A DNA stretch of 64,000 bases, taken from positions 2,037-66,036 of the forward strand of contig CANLUT010000007.1 of the NCBI GenBank assembly GCA_947494335.1. Reading direction: 5' to 3'. The number at the start of each line of letters is the position of its first letter. The first letter of the stretch is position 1. The stretch is from Oligoflexales bacterium. Lineage in GTDB: Bacteria > Bdellovibrionota_B > Oligoflexia > Oligoflexales > RGVZ01. Under the pieces are notes generated by a model. The model made no database searches and was not told where the DNA came from. It saw nothing but the letters and a program-made list of their open reading frames with translations. Position numbers and translations under genes: made by a program. Of this stretch, positions 38,599 to 51,407 are shown one piece after another.

Positions 38599-40172
38599 TG
38601 CTTAATGGAGAGATTACGCGACGATCCCCACGCAATCTCACCCGAAGTTGTAGGCGTGTTTTCCTCATCTACATCTTCAGAGTCAAGCGGATTCGGAGGC
38701 AGAACATGAACTTTGTATTGATATTTTCCATGGGGCAAACGAAGAAGCTTGGATTGGCCATTGTCTAACACAAACTCAGTCTCTGAACTAAGTGACTGCT
38801 GCAAATAGCGTGACAAGGACGCCACTTCCTTATTCTCATCATCTTCGTGCTCATAAATAAAACCACACTCAAAATTGAATCCCTCACCGGTGAGTTTCAT
38901 ACCATCTGCGATTCTCATCAGGCCCCAAGATTCAGCAAACAACGGATGCCAACACATGTCGGAACGCGCTGCAGCAACAATCGGCGCGACTGTAACGTGT
39001 TTAGGCTTCACATCAGTTTGCCGGTGTCCCTTTTTTCGAGCCACTCGTCGCGCCAGACGCTTTGGCTGATCGTCACGGTCTGAGCGACCAAGATATTTTC
39101 GCGCCTCGGCAACCAGGCGGTCAGAAACCTCATTATCTGGCGAGATCGTGACGCGAAGAGGCTGACGTGACGTGTCTTCAGCACGTCCAGGAATGACATC
39201 CGAGGGAATCCTCACACTTAATACGCCGACACGACTGATTCCCTCATAGAGCTCACGTAACATCGCTAATTCCTGGGTACCTTTAGCCAATCCGTATAAT
39301 GCAGCCTGACGTCGCAAATCACCTTGACCTGAGCACAAAGCATTCTGCCATCGCCTTGAGGTCATCACTACTGGAAGCTCTTCGGGAAGACTAAACTGGA
39401 GGATCTTGCAAAACTTTGCGAAGCCTTCATCGTTGGACATGTAGGTCGCCGTTTTTGCAAGCGTGGCGACGACTCCGGTACGTCTCGCTAAAATGTAGGG
39501 CTGTCTGCTCCATTTCCTGATCATTGATTTTTGAAAATCTTCTGTTTTAACAAGCGCTGGCTGGGGAAGTAAAGAATCCAATGTACACTTTGCTGTTTGT
39601 CCCACGACTTCAATAGCCTGGCAGTCCGGGATCATCTTCACCATCACATCTTTGACAACAGCTCGAAGAGGGGCTAACGATTCTTCACTTACAACTAAAA
39701 AATTGCCCCGATAACCTCGCATGCTCTCACATGCCGTTTGTTTGATTTCTTGTGGCATTACGAAGCCTGTGACTTTAGATTCGGAGTCTTCAATAGTCAC
39801 AACAGAAATATGACCAGCGTCCTCCTCGAGGACCATGTCATATCCGACACCCAAAACATGAAGGGTTGTTCGGAATGAAAACTTCTGATCAATGCAAGAC
39901 CGCGCATTCATCAGCACAAAAGCAGAAGCAGATGGATTATTCGAGGAGCGGATTTCGATCCAATTTTCTTTGACCGGGTCAACAATTGATATCAACTTGG
40001 ATTTTTTTTCAGCTTCCGGAGACGTTGACTCGCGCGTCACCATCCCAGGATCAGTGGAGTTAGGCATATGACTCGAGCATGACGCTCCGGTCATCATCAT
40101 GAATAGTAGAAATGGGGAAATAGAATGCTTAGCGGCGCTCAATCTTTTGAACGGCGAAAATGACTTTTTCAT
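38592..40172 (-). CDS. Hypothetical Cys-rich lipoprotein
   Basis: GGAGG RBS; MKKSF...LLFMMMTGASC lipobox-like; several Cys residues in the mature part. Confidence 0.75.
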   Translation of the reverse strand: MKKSFSPFKRLSAAKHSISPFLLFMMMTGASCSSHMPNSTDPGMVTRESTSPEAEKKSKLISIVDPVKENWIEIRSSNNPSASAFVLMNARSCIDQKFSFRTTLHVLGVGYDMVLEEDAGHISVVTIEDSESKVTGFVMPQEIKQTACESMRGYRGNFLVVSEESLAPLRAVVKDVMVKMIPDCQAIEVVGQTAKCTLDSLLPQPALVKTEDFQKSMIRKWSRQPYILARRTGVVATLAKTATYMSNDEGFAKFCKILQFSLPEELPVVMTSRRWQNALCSGQGDLRRQAALYGLAKGTQELAMLRELYEGISRVGVLSVRIPSDVIPGRAEDTSRQPLRVTISPDNEVSDRLVAEARKYLGRSDRDDQPKRLARRVARKKGHRQTDVKPKHVTVAPIVAAARSDMCWHPLFAESWGLMRIADGMKLTGEGFNFECGFIYEHEDDENKEVASLSRYLQQSLSSETEFVLDNGQSKLLRLPHGKYQYKVHVLPPNPLDSEDVDEENTPTTSGEIAWGSSRNLSIKQW

Positions 40173-40623
40173 GAAGACCTCCAACCTCTGGATTGCCGGC
40201 TTCTACAGTCCACGCAACAGGCTGCGACATGCGCAACGTGTGACGAGCAACTTCAACACCCTCAGCATTTTCAGAGATCAGAGTGACATCTTTCAAACCA
40301 GTATTTCCTCTCATCAGAGAGTTGGCCCAAAGATACAACGAAGGATCCGTTACAAAATCGCGACTGAGCTCAACGCGAGCGTGCTCGGAAGAACCTATCG
40401 ACGCTCCTAAGCCGTCGATGTCCGCGACTGGACTAAACGCACCGTAATTTACGCCCTCAATCTCCACCACCATTCGTGATGCTTTGCCGGAGAAACTAGC
40501 GGGCAATCGCTGAGTCGCTGCGATTGGAACCAATAACATGGCAAGTAACAATAAGTTCGCAATTCTGACTTTGCGACTTGAAGAGGTGTCTAAATTGAAT
40601 TGGCGCAAGAGGCGCACTTTCAT
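40129..40623 (-). CDS. Phage tail-tube (T4 gp19 / eCIS Afp1-5-like) homologue with N-terminal signal/TM segment
   Basis: VVEIEG...GAF...VELSR...DPSLYLW...LKDVTL...EGVEVARHTL...PVAW...EKVIFAV follows the gp19-family pattern; hydrophobic IANLLLLAMLLVPIAA after basic residues. Confidence 0.72.
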   Translation of the reverse strand: MKVRLLRQFNLDTSSSRKVRIANLLLLAMLLVPIAATQRLPASFSGKASRMVVEIEGVNYGAFSPVADIDGLGASIGSSEHARVELSRDFVTDPSLYLWANSLMRGNTGLKDVTLISENAEGVEVARHTLRMSQPVAWTVEAGNPEVGGLHEKVIFAVQKIERR

Positions 40624-40755
40624 CCCCTGATTGAATTCTGTTACTGATAACTGAGGTTACAAATAAATTCTAACACCCACTATCAAAAAACACCAGATCC
40701 CCACTCAAAAAAACTTGACAGCCCATTTTTTAAACCTTCCAGGATCTTGACTGGG

Positions 40756-40782
40756 TTATCGACAAGATCTCAAGAAAGTTTA
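40756..40782 (-). promoter_or_regulatory. sigma28-type promoter for the tail-tube-like operon
   Basis: Minus strand TAAA-N15-GTCGATAA overlapping the ridA stop. Confidence 0.65.
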
Positions 40783-41153
40783 GCTATCACATCAATTTCC
40801 ACGTTTACATCGCGCGGCAATCTGGCCACTTCCACCGTAGCTCTGGCCGGAAACGGTTGTGGGAAGAAGCTTCCGTAGACTTCATTGACCACCGAAAAAT
40901 TATTCATGTCTTTGAGAAAAATGGTGGTTTTTACAACGTCACCAAAACCTCCACCAGCAGCCTCAAGTATGGCTTTGAGGTTTTCCAGGACTTTTTTGGT
41001 TTCGTCAGCAACTCCTGACTTAACGAGCTCGCCCGTCTTTGGATCCAAAGGGATTTGACCCGAAACAAATAGGAGATCCCCGGCGCGAACAGCTTGGGAA
41101 TAGGGACCTATAGCGGCTGGAGCATTTGCGGTTTGAATGACTTGTTTTTTCAC
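40770..41153 (-). CDS. ridA: RidA family reactive intermediate deaminase
   Basis: [43 protein letters not shown]. Confidence 0.93.
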   Translation of the reverse strand: MKKQVIQTANAPAAIGPYSQAVRAGDLLFVSGQIPLDPKTGELVKSGVADETKKVLENLKAILEAAGGGFGDVVKTTIFLKDMNNFSVVNEVYGSFFPQPFPARATVEVARLPRDVNVEIDVIAKLS

Positions 41154-41268
41154 GTCTCACCTCACGGTTTTAACTTGGCACTTTGCTCAAAAAACAACGT
41201 ATTTGGAGTCCATTCATAGTGACTTTAACAAAAACAAAAAACAATACATTTATTCAATAGATTCAAGG

Positions 41269-41297
41269 TTGTAATCCCGAAGGCTTGTTCCTATAAT
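41269..41297 (+). promoter_or_regulatory. sigma70 promoter of lgt
   Basis: TTGTAA-N17-TATAAT. Confidence 0.7.
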
Positions 41298-41369
41298 AGG
41301 CAGCCAAGTGATCAACAAAAAGCTGCACTCTTTCACTAATTGGGCCAAAAAACGGGGGCTCGGCTTACT

Positions 41370-42135
41370 ATGACGTTTCCTCAAATCAATCCGGTTTTCT
41401 TCTCCATCGGTCCCTTTGAACTTCGATGGTATAGCCTAATGTACGTCATCGGGCTGCTAGCCGTTTATTTCTTCTTCAGATATGCATCTCGCAAAGGCAC
41501 ATTGAAATTAACGCACCAGGAAATTGAATCCGTCATGCTTGTTGGCATGATAGGCATGATTCTTGGCGCGCGATTGGTCTATGTGTTTGTCTACAACTTC
41601 GACTTCTATATTGAACGTCCCAATGAAATATTCGCCACGTGGCGTGGGGGCCTATCGTTTCATGGCGCAATCCTTGGCATCGCCATTGCCTTACTGATCT
41701 ATTCAAAACAAAAAAACAAAAGCTTCTTCAACATCACTGATCACATGGTGACTATTGCCCCCGTAGGTCTCGGTTTTGGAAGAATAGGAAACTTCATTAA
41801 TGGCGAACTCTGGGGGCGCGTGACCGACGCTCCTATCGGAATCATCTTTCCAGACGCAGGGCCGTCACCGAGACATCCCTCTCAGCTTTACGAGTCCATG
41901 TTTGAAGGCTGGATTCTTTTAGCCATCATGTTTCTTTTCTATAGCAGAAGGCCTCGAACTGGAGTGCTGTCTGCAGTCTTTCTGATTGGTTACTCTACGT
42001 TTCGCTTCTTTATAGAGTTCTTCCGAGAGCCTGACAAACAGCTTGGAGAAGTACTGGGTCCGTTTAGTATGGGACAGGTCCTTTGTGCGATCATGTGGGT
42101 CATCGGCGCGATGATTCTGACCTATTCCCTAAATT

Positions 42136-42161
<26 letters not shown>
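41370..42161 (+). CDS. lgt: Prolipoprotein diacylglyceryl transferase
   Basis: RWYSLMY, GARLVYV, GGLSFHG, GRIGNFINGELWGR, RHPSQLYE, RFFIEFFREPD. Confidence 0.97.
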
Positions 42162-44568
<2,407 letters not shown>

Positions 44569-44569
<1 letters not shown>

Positions 44570-45000
44570 TGTTTACTAATGTCAGCGTCTTCAATCTTCT
44601 TATCGCCGCCATCGGCGGAGCCTCATTTGGCATCGTCTTCAGAATTCCTTATCGCTATTTTTTGCACGTCGTTTTACTGGCGATGGTGGCAAAACTTGGC
44701 GTTGACGTCATATCTCAAAAGGCAAATGTCGGTTTTGCAACCTTCGTATCCACATTTATTGTGGGTGCTATTAGTCACGTGTTTGCACGCGCAACGGGAA
44801 AGCCAGCTCAGGCATTTTTAATACCGGGTGTGATGTTTTTGGTTCCCGGAACAAGCTTATACAAATCATTTGCAGGAGCCATGACAGCCGACTACCAGGC
44901 TGCAATGGCACTTTTGGTCCAAGCCATCATCGTGACGGTATCTATTTCATTTGCTCTGCTACTTGCAAACTGGGTCGTACCCAGCAAAAAAACGCTTTAA
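44569..45000 (+). CDS. ThrE family small subunit (DUF3815-like)
   Basis: FGIVFRIP...IPGVMFLVPG; 4-5 TMs; TGATG translational coupling. Confidence 0.85.
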
Positions 45001-45684
45001 TTAAAATCTAATTCCGTAAGAAACGCTGACCTCGCGCTCAAACGGTGACTTTTCCGGAAACTTATATAGAAACAAGCTGTATTCGGCCAAGAAGTACATC
45101 GCTCGCCCCAATTTGACACCGGCACCGGCACCACAGGTAGGCTTGTAGGTAATAGGACTCTCAAAGCTAATTGGCTCTTGACCATCAGCTTCCTTGGAGA
45201 ATAGACGCTGCGTTGCAATGACGCCAGCCTTTGCCCGCAATATGAAAATTGAAAAGCTTGGATCGATTGCAAGCACGGCTGAGGCTTTGCGCTGAGTTTC
45301 TTTAATTGTGACTTCCTTTTCTGGATCTGACGTATCCATATCCAGATCTTTTTCAAAGTCGATTTCACCATAGTCGTCAACAGCAGCACTCGTCTTTGAG
45401 GTAGTCGTTAGCTCGTTTTGTCCAACTCCAAGTTGGAATTTAAAAAGCTTTGACAAACCGACTGTTGCACGTAGGCCGTATGTCGTACGCTGTTTGATTG
45501 TTTCTGTCTCGGTGGCAGCACCAGAAGTCGAATCAGACTTGTTACTTCCTGCCTTATCCGGCTTGATCTGCTTCGTCGAACTAATGCTTACGAACGGCTC
45601 GATACTGATACGTGCGAATGCGACCGACTGCTGGAACAATAATCCAGCGCAAAGTATCCACTTGAATTGGCTAAACCTCGACAT
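45001..45684 (-). CDS. Outer-membrane beta-barrel protein
   Basis: Signal peptide (VAFA), alternating beta strands, C-terminal VSYGIRF beta-signal. Confidence 0.75.
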   Translation of the reverse strand: MSRFSQFKWILCAGLLFQQSVAFARISIEPFVSISSTKQIKPDKAGSNKSDSTSGAATETETIKQRTTYGLRATVGLSKLFKFQLGVGQNELTTTSKTSAAVDDYGEIDFEKDLDMDTSDPEKEVTIKETQRKASAVLAIDPSFSIFILRAKAGVIATQRLFSKEADGQEPISFESPITYKPTCGAGAGVKLGRAMYFLAEYSLFLYKFPEKSPFEREVSVSYGIRF

Positions 45685-45714
45685 GATGTTGACCCTCCCG
45701 AGTTTCTGGCGAAG

Positions 45715-45741
45715 GGATCGGAATGATTGACTTAAAACTTA
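45715..45741 (-). promoter_or_regulatory. Possible sigma28-type promoter for the OMP
   Basis: Minus strand TAAG-N15-TCCGATCC. Confidence 0.45.
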
Positions 45742-45872
45742 AAATTTCAAAACCGCCACGCTAAATTAGGCATTGGTAAAACGAAAAAAAACAGCGAAAA
45801 TAGGTTCATTCTTAATGGTTTAGAATTCAATTGATCAGGCCACGTGAGCCTTAGTTTGATCGGGAGTGTTTT

Positions 45873-46328
45873 ATGACTGCGACCGCCCAAGGCGCTTCAC
45901 CCGCTATTATCACTTGTTCACATCTTGTCGTAACGTCGAAACACGTGCCGACTATGACGAAGTTTATGGAAACTTTTTTTGAGGTAAAACCTCACTATGC
46001 AAATCGACAATTTGCCGATTTTGTCCTACCTAGCGGATTTCGAATTGCATTCTTTGCCGCGATTGGCAAGACCGTGGAATATTTCTCCGCTGATGGAGAG
46101 CGACACTTTACATCCATTGGAGTCACAACAAAAAACATCGATCAGCTCTATGAAAAAAGCCAAGCCAAAGAGTTTTTAGACCTTGGAGTTCGGGTTAGTG
46201 GACCACCGAAAGAACATCCTTGGGGAGAAAAAAGTTTTTTAATGATGGACCCTGATGGTAACCGCTGGGAGATCACAGAATCGCCAAGCGAATCAGGGAT
46301 GCTGGTCAACAAAGACTTTGAGCCATAA
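45873..46328 (+). CDS. VOC/glyoxalase family protein
   Basis: PKEHPWGEKSFLMMDPDGNRWEI. Confidence 0.88.
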   Translation: MTATAQGASPAIITCSHLVVTSKHVPTMTKFMETFFEVKPHYANRQFADFVLPSGFRIAFFAAIGKTVEYFSADGERHFTSIGVTTKNIDQLYEKSQAKEFLDLGVRVSGPPKEHPWGEKSFLMMDPDGNRWEITESPSESGMLVNKDFEP

Positions 46329-46356
46329 AAAAGGAGTCCCCGTGGGGACTCCTTTT
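46327..46356. terminator. Bidirectional intrinsic terminator
   Basis: AAAAGGAGTCCC-cgtg-GGGACTCCTTTT between convergent genes. Confidence 0.88.
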
Positions 46357-46376
46357 GTTCAAACATCAGAGAAAAC

Positions 46377-47915
46377 TCAAATATCAAACTTGATGCCCTG
46401 CGCAAGCGGCAGTTGCGTTGAATAATTGATGGTGTTGGTTTGACGACGCATGTAGGCCTTCCACGAATCAGAACCAGACTCACGTCCGCCGCCTGTTTCC
46501 TTTTCGCCACCAAAAGCTCCGCCAATTTCTGCACCGGACGTACCAATGTTGACGTTCGCAATACCACAATCAGATCCAGCTGCTGACAAAAAGGCTTCTG
46601 CTTGGCGCAAGCTATCCGTAAATATCGCCGAACTTAGACCCTGCTTCACATCGTTTTGCATGTGAATCGCATCATCGACACTGCCGCTGTATTTCATGAG
46701 GTAAAGAATCGGAGCAAATGTCTCTTCTTGGACAACTGACATTGAGTTCTTGGCCTCGACTATCGCGGGCTTCACGTAGCAACCAGATTCAAAACCATCT
46801 AGTACTTCGCCTCCGAAGATGACCTTGCCGCCCTCCGCTTTTGCCTGAGTGAGAGCTTTTTGCATCATTGTGACAGCACCTTTATCGATCAACGGTCCTA
46901 CATGATTTTTCTCATCTAATGGCGACCCAATCCTCAAACCCGCATAAGCCTTCAAAAGCATTTCTTTAACTTTGTCATACATCGATTCATGAACGATCAG
47001 ACGGCGAGTCGTAGTGCAACGCTGACCGCAGGTACCAACGGCACCGAAAACAATACCAGGCGCAGCAAGCTGAAGATTGGCGTTTTCAGTCAAGATGATC
47101 GCATTGTTTCCACCTAGCTCGAGAAGGGAACGTCCTAGGCGTTTGCCAACAACCTCTGCCACACGCTTACCCATGCGACACGATCCGGTGGCTGATACCA
47201 ATGGCACGCGTTCGTCAGCAAGCATTGGCTCACCAACTTCTGCGACATCTCCAACAATCATCGCCAATGTGCCTTCAGGAACATTGTTCGCAATCAGCAC
47301 ATCTTTAATGATGTTGAAGCAGGCGACTGCCGACAGAGGAGTTTTTTCACTTGGTTTCCAAATGGAAACATCACCGCACACCATGGCGATGAAGCTGTTC
47401 CAGGACCATACAGCCACTGGGAAATTGAACGCTGAAATAATTCCCACAACTCCCAATGGATGCCATTGCTCATACATTCGGTGCGAAGGGCGCTCGGAGT
47501 GCATTGTCAATCCATAGAGTTGACGCGCGAGACCAACAGCGAAATCTGCGATATCGATCATCTCCTGAACTTCACCCAAGCCCTCTTGAAGAGATTTTCC
47601 CATTTCATAGCTGACGAGTTTACCAAGGGGCTCTTTGAATTCGCGTAGCTTCATTCCGATTTGACGCACAACTTCACCCCGTTTGGGGGCTGGCACCTTG
47701 CGCCATTCAGCAAAAGCCGATTGCGAAAGCTTTACCAAAGAATCGTAATCAGACTTGGAGGCCTTAAAGACCTTACCAATCAACTTACCGTCAACAGGAC
47801 TATAACTTTCAAAGGCTCCTTTATTGCGTGAGCCAGATGCTTTGTTGCCCGTATGAATGGCATCCACGTCACCGCGAATCCCAAGCTGATCCAAAAAATC
47901 CATAGATATTGTCAT
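46377..47915 (-). CDS. Aldehyde dehydrogenase, ALDH7/antiquitin (piperideine-6-carboxylate dehydrogenase-like)
   Basis: PAPKRGE, GEVQEMIDI, SAFNFPVAVWSWN, LELGGNNA, GQRCTT, GAEIGGAFGGEKETGGGRESGSDSWKAY. Confidence 0.92.
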   Translation of the reverse strand: MTISMDFLDQLGIRGDVDAIHTGNKASGSRNKGAFESYSPVDGKLIGKVFKASKSDYDSLVKLSQSAFAEWRKVPAPKRGEVVRQIGMKLREFKEPLGKLVSYEMGKSLQEGLGEVQEMIDIADFAVGLARQLYGLTMHSERPSHRMYEQWHPLGVVGIISAFNFPVAVWSWNSFIAMVCGDVSIWKPSEKTPLSAVACFNIIKDVLIANNVPEGTLAMIVGDVAEVGEPMLADERVPLVSATGSCRMGKRVAEVVGKRLGRSLLELGGNNAIILTENANLQLAAPGIVFGAVGTCGQRCTTTRRLIVHESMYDKVKEMLLKAYAGLRIGSPLDEKNHVGPLIDKGAVTMMQKALTQAKAEGGKVIFGGEVLDGFESGCYVKPAIVEAKNSMSVVQEETFAPILYLMKYSGSVDDAIHMQNDVKQGLSSAIFTDSLRQAEAFLSAAGSDCGIANVNIGTSGAEIGGAFGGEKETGGGRESGSDSWKAYMRRQTNTINYSTQLPLAQGIKFDI

Positions 47916-48060
47916 TACAAACCCCCGGGGATTGTCACAAAAAGTTTCGAGGCGGCAGTCTATCCCTAAATTCCCTTCTATTTCTACAAACTTCCCGATA
48001 TCATCTGTGTTTTCAGGACTATTTCCACCTTATCTCTTGTTCCGGAGCCTTAGTTCGACC

Positions 48061-49290
48061 ATGTCAGCCGCATCCCTCATCGCTAAGCGTTATCTGGTCG
48101 CCTCTCGAGGTAGCCGATTTCTACGCTGGATGACGGGTCTATCCATTGCCGGAATCAGCATTGGCATTGCAGCGATGATCGTCGTTCTTTCGGTTATCAA
48201 TGGATTTGAATCACAACTTCGTGAACGATTTTTGGCTGCAAATGCCCACATTTTGGCCTTTCAATTCCCCGCAGGCGTCGAAGACATCGAAACTTGGAGC
48301 AAGCAAATTGCAGAAGACTTTGGTAGCGAGATCAAGGGAATGAGTCCATTCGTGCATTCGGAAACCATGGCCACCAAAGATGGACTGATGCACAACATTT
48401 TGATTCGAGGTATTCATCCGAGCAAACGCAAAGAAGCTCAGGACTTGACCCCGCTCATCCGTCCTGCAGGAGCTATGGACGAACTACAGAAAAGCTTTGA
48501 GGCGCCTGACAAGTATCCAGCGCCCAAACCAATTATTGTTGGCAGTGGTCTGCTGTCCATTCTTCAAGCTGAAATTGGCGGTAACATCAAACTTGTTGCT
48601 CCGGAGTCATCGTCCATTGGAGAGCTTCGCGAGTACAAAGTTGTCGGCGTGTATGACTCTGGCCTCAAGCACTACGATAATCGAATTGGCATCATGGCGA
48701 TCAACGATAGCCAGGAATTCTTTAAAATGAAAAAGAGGGTTCACGGCCTGGAAATCGGATTGAAAAATCCTCGTGAGTCAAAGTCTATTGCATTGCAGAT
48801 GAGTCGAAAATACTCGCTCACGATCAAAGAGTGGCAATCATTTAATAAGCAAATGTTTGAATCTCTGCAAATGGAGCGGGCCGTTATTGCGCTGATTGTC
48901 GCCCTAGTCGCGATTGTTGCCAGCTTTAATATTTTGACAACACTTCTCATCACCGTAACTCAGAAACAAAAGTCTATTTCAGTTCTAAAAGCCCTGGGCG
49001 CCTCCAATTGGCAAATTCAACGAATTTTTCTGCTTCAAAGTTTTCTCATTGGAACCCTTGGCGCTGCTGTGGGAATGGTTTTCGCACTGGGAATCAGTAA
49101 AGTACTTGAGACTTTTAAAATCGTGGATTTGCCGGATCTCTACCTTCTCGCCCGACTGCCTGTGACTTATGACCCTATGGTCTATATCTCCATGGCTGCG
49201 GCGGGCTGCCTAATTTGTGTGCTGGCTGGTGCCTATCCAGCGTGGGCAGCCAGTAGGGTTAATATAGTAGATGGTTTCAGAGGACGTTGA
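48061..49290 (+). CDS. Lipoprotein-releasing ABC permease LolC/E family
   Basis: GIAAMIVVLSVINGF, VASFNILTTL, ISVLKALGA, YPAWAASR; ATG 48061 chosen. Confidence 0.9.
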   Translation: MSAASLIAKRYLVASRGSRFLRWMTGLSIAGISIGIAAMIVVLSVINGFESQLRERFLAANAHILAFQFPAGVEDIETWSKQIAEDFGSEIKGMSPFVHSETMATKDGLMHNILIRGIHPSKRKEAQDLTPLIRPAGAMDELQKSFEAPDKYPAPKPIIVGSGLLSILQAEIGGNIKLVAPESSSIGELREYKVVGVYDSGLKHYDNRIGIMAINDSQEFFKMKKRVHGLEIGLKNPRESKSIALQMSRKYSLTIKEWQSFNKQMFESLQMERAVIALIVALVAIVASFNILTTLLITVTQKQKSISVLKALGASNWQIQRIFLLQSFLIGTLGAAVGMVFALGISKVLETFKIVDLPDLYLLARLPVTYDPMVYISMAAAGCLICVLAGAYPAWAASRVNIVDGFRGR

Positions 49291-49419
49291 GTGGCGCGGG
49301 TTTCGCGTAAGCCTCTGAAATTTATATTTAATTGAAACAATAAACTATGCTAGGCTTACCAGTGGCCCTGGGTTCATGAGGAATGCTGGCCAAAAGTCCA
49401 CACGTGATGAGTTTAGACC

Positions 49420-50211
49420 TTGGCAAAGTATAAGAAAAAAAAATCACCTGTTGAAACCAAAACTCAGGCTCCGAAGACTTCCTCTGCGCCAAAAACCGCA
49501 CCGCTTCAGATTTCTGCACCTAATATCCAAGACGACAAAAAGCTCAAAAAACTCGCCGCGGGATCATTGAAGCTTCAATTCGCAGGTGATCTTATTCTCG
49601 TAAAGAATCCTCAGAAGTCCCTTAGTGGGCTGTTTAAGCGCTATGCGGCTCTATTTGAAGCTTTAGCCAACCTACCCAAAGACCAGCGCGGTCTCGCGTA
49701 CAAGATCATGACCGGGCTTATGCTGACGAGTCACGCAAAGAAATCTACAAATAGCGATGAAAAACGGCGACTGTTCGAAATGAAAAATCAGCTATTCTTA
49801 GCTATTGCTAACGATCGCGCCTTGAGACGCCAGGTTGAATTCAAATATCTTGTTAGCAAGAACTTCCGCGTCAGCCAGTATTGTCAGACCTGTCAAAAGT
49901 CAAACTCGGAACTTGGTCTTGATCGTCACAAATGGAAATACTGCAAGGCTTGTGACGTCGATCATAATTTCTATAACTTGCTTTCGTTGGAAGCGAGATT
50001 CCCTCAAGGTTTTGCGAGAATTTTTATCTCAAACGATCAACTTCCGAAAATAGAACACTTTAAAATGCCAAGAAAGATCAAAGCCGACCTTCTAAAAGAA
50101 GAAGCCATGATTGATCAGTTTCACTACAACACCAGAAATTTGGATGCCATCGATCTGGAGTCCATTACAAAACTCCACGATAGACTCGTGATAAAAGGCG
50201 CGACGCCCTAA
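49420..50211 (+). CDS. Hypothetical basic protein with two CxxC pairs
   Basis: 263-aa ORF with TTG start; YCQTC-x15-CKAC. Confidence 0.7.
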   Translation: MAKYKKKKSPVETKTQAPKTSSAPKTAPLQISAPNIQDDKKLKKLAAGSLKLQFAGDLILVKNPQKSLSGLFKRYAALFEALANLPKDQRGLAYKIMTGLMLTSHAKKSTNSDEKRRLFEMKNQLFLAIANDRALRRQVEFKYLVSKNFRVSQYCQTCQKSNSELGLDRHKWKYCKACDVDHNFYNLLSLEARFPQGFARIFISNDQLPKIEHFKMPRKIKADLLKEEAMIDQFHYNTRNLDAIDLESITKLHDRLVIKGATP

Positions 50212-50250
50212 ATTATTCTTAACTCTCAACATCAATTTAAGTCTAGACGA

Positions 50251-51351
50251 TCAGTCTTGACTGAAGATTCTATGGAAGAAACCACCTGACGTATTAATGG
50301 TTGTCTCTTCCTTGGAAATTTCGGCGTATTTTTGCAAAAGCTCTTTTTGTTCTTTGCTGAGTTTTTTCGGAACCACAACACGCAACTGAATGTGCATATC
50401 GCCACGACCAACACCTTTTAAGTGAGGCACTCCCGCGCCGGCCAGAGTCACGCGATCACCGGATTGCGAGCCTGCGGGAATCGAAATATCGGATTCACCA
50501 TCCAGTGTTTTGATTTTAAGATCGCAACCCAGAGATGCTTGAGCAATACCAATCGGCTGCTCAACGATCAAATCAAGACCATCACGAACAAAACGCTCGC
50601 TCTCTTTTACATGGAGAACAACGTATAAGTCACCGTTCGGTCCACCGGCCGGTCCTGGTTCTCCCTCTCCTGACAGGCGAAGTCGCACACCTGAATCAAC
50701 TCCAGCAGGGACCTTTACAGTCAGTGTACGCTTTTTGTTGACCCGCCCCTGACCACGGCAGTCGTCACACGGTTTCTCAACAATTGTTCCTTCACCACCA
50801 CACGCGTGACAGGTCGTTCGAATGGCAAAAAAACCTTGGGTACGATTAACCTGACCTTGACCACCACAAGTACGGCAAGTGATTCTGCCACTTCCTTTTT
50901 TCGCACCGGATCCATCACAGGTTTCACAACGGATCGGGCGCTCTAGCTCAACCTGACGCTCAACTCCGAAAACGGCCTCTTCAAACTCAATGGCCATATC
51001 ATATCGCAGGTCCGCTCCACGTCGAACGCGTCCTCGACCCTGACCAGCTCCGGTGAATCCAAAGAAATCCTCAAAAATGGATCCAAAACTTGAAAAGATA
51101 TCATTTACATCTTGAAAACCTTGGCTTCCGACACCTTGATGACCAAAACGATCATATCGAGCGCGTTTATCCGAATCCGAGAGGACTTCGTAAGCTTCGC
51201 TGGCTTCTTTAAATTTTTCCTCGGCAGCTTTGTCGTCGGGATTTCTGTCAGGATGATATTTTAGAGCAAGCTTGCGGTAAGCTGCCTTAATGTCACTTGC
51301 GCTTGCACTGTTGGCAACGCCCAAAACTTCATAATAATCACGCTTGGCCAT
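50251..51351 (-). CDS. dnaJ: Molecular chaperone DnaJ
   Basis: [13 protein letters not shown] region, four CxxCxGxG repeats. Confidence 0.97.
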   Translation of the reverse strand: MAKRDYYEVLGVANSASASDIKAAYRKLALKYHPDRNPDDKAAEEKFKEASEAYEVLSDSDKRARYDRFGHQGVGSQGFQDVNDIFSSFGSIFEDFFGFTGAGQGRGRVRRGADLRYDMAIEFEEAVFGVERQVELERPIRCETCDGSGAKKGSGRITCRTCGGQGQVNRTQGFFAIRTTCHACGGEGTIVEKPCDDCRGQGRVNKKRTLTVKVPAGVDSGVRLRLSGEGEPGPAGGPNGDLYVVLHVKESERFVRDGLDLIVEQPIGIAQASLGCDLKIKTLDGESDISIPAGSQSGDRVTLAGAGVPHLKGVGRGDMHIQLRVVVPKKLSKEQKELLQKYAEISKEETTINTSGGFFHRIFSQD

Positions 51352-51407
51352 GAGCCCCGTTTCCTCAAAATAGTCAAAATCCCTAAGCCCGCAGACTCTA
51401 TAACAGT

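Noticed and set aside
40129-40623. Prophage or complete eCIS/T6SS around the tail-tube-like gene
   Set aside because: Flanks are ridA, a lipoprotein, DUF2817 and ffh; no other phage or secretion genes, att-like repeats or obvious compositional shift
41176-41187. TGGCAC...TTGC as a sigma54 promoter near lgt
   Set aside because: Spacing far too short; a good sigma70 promoter is present instead
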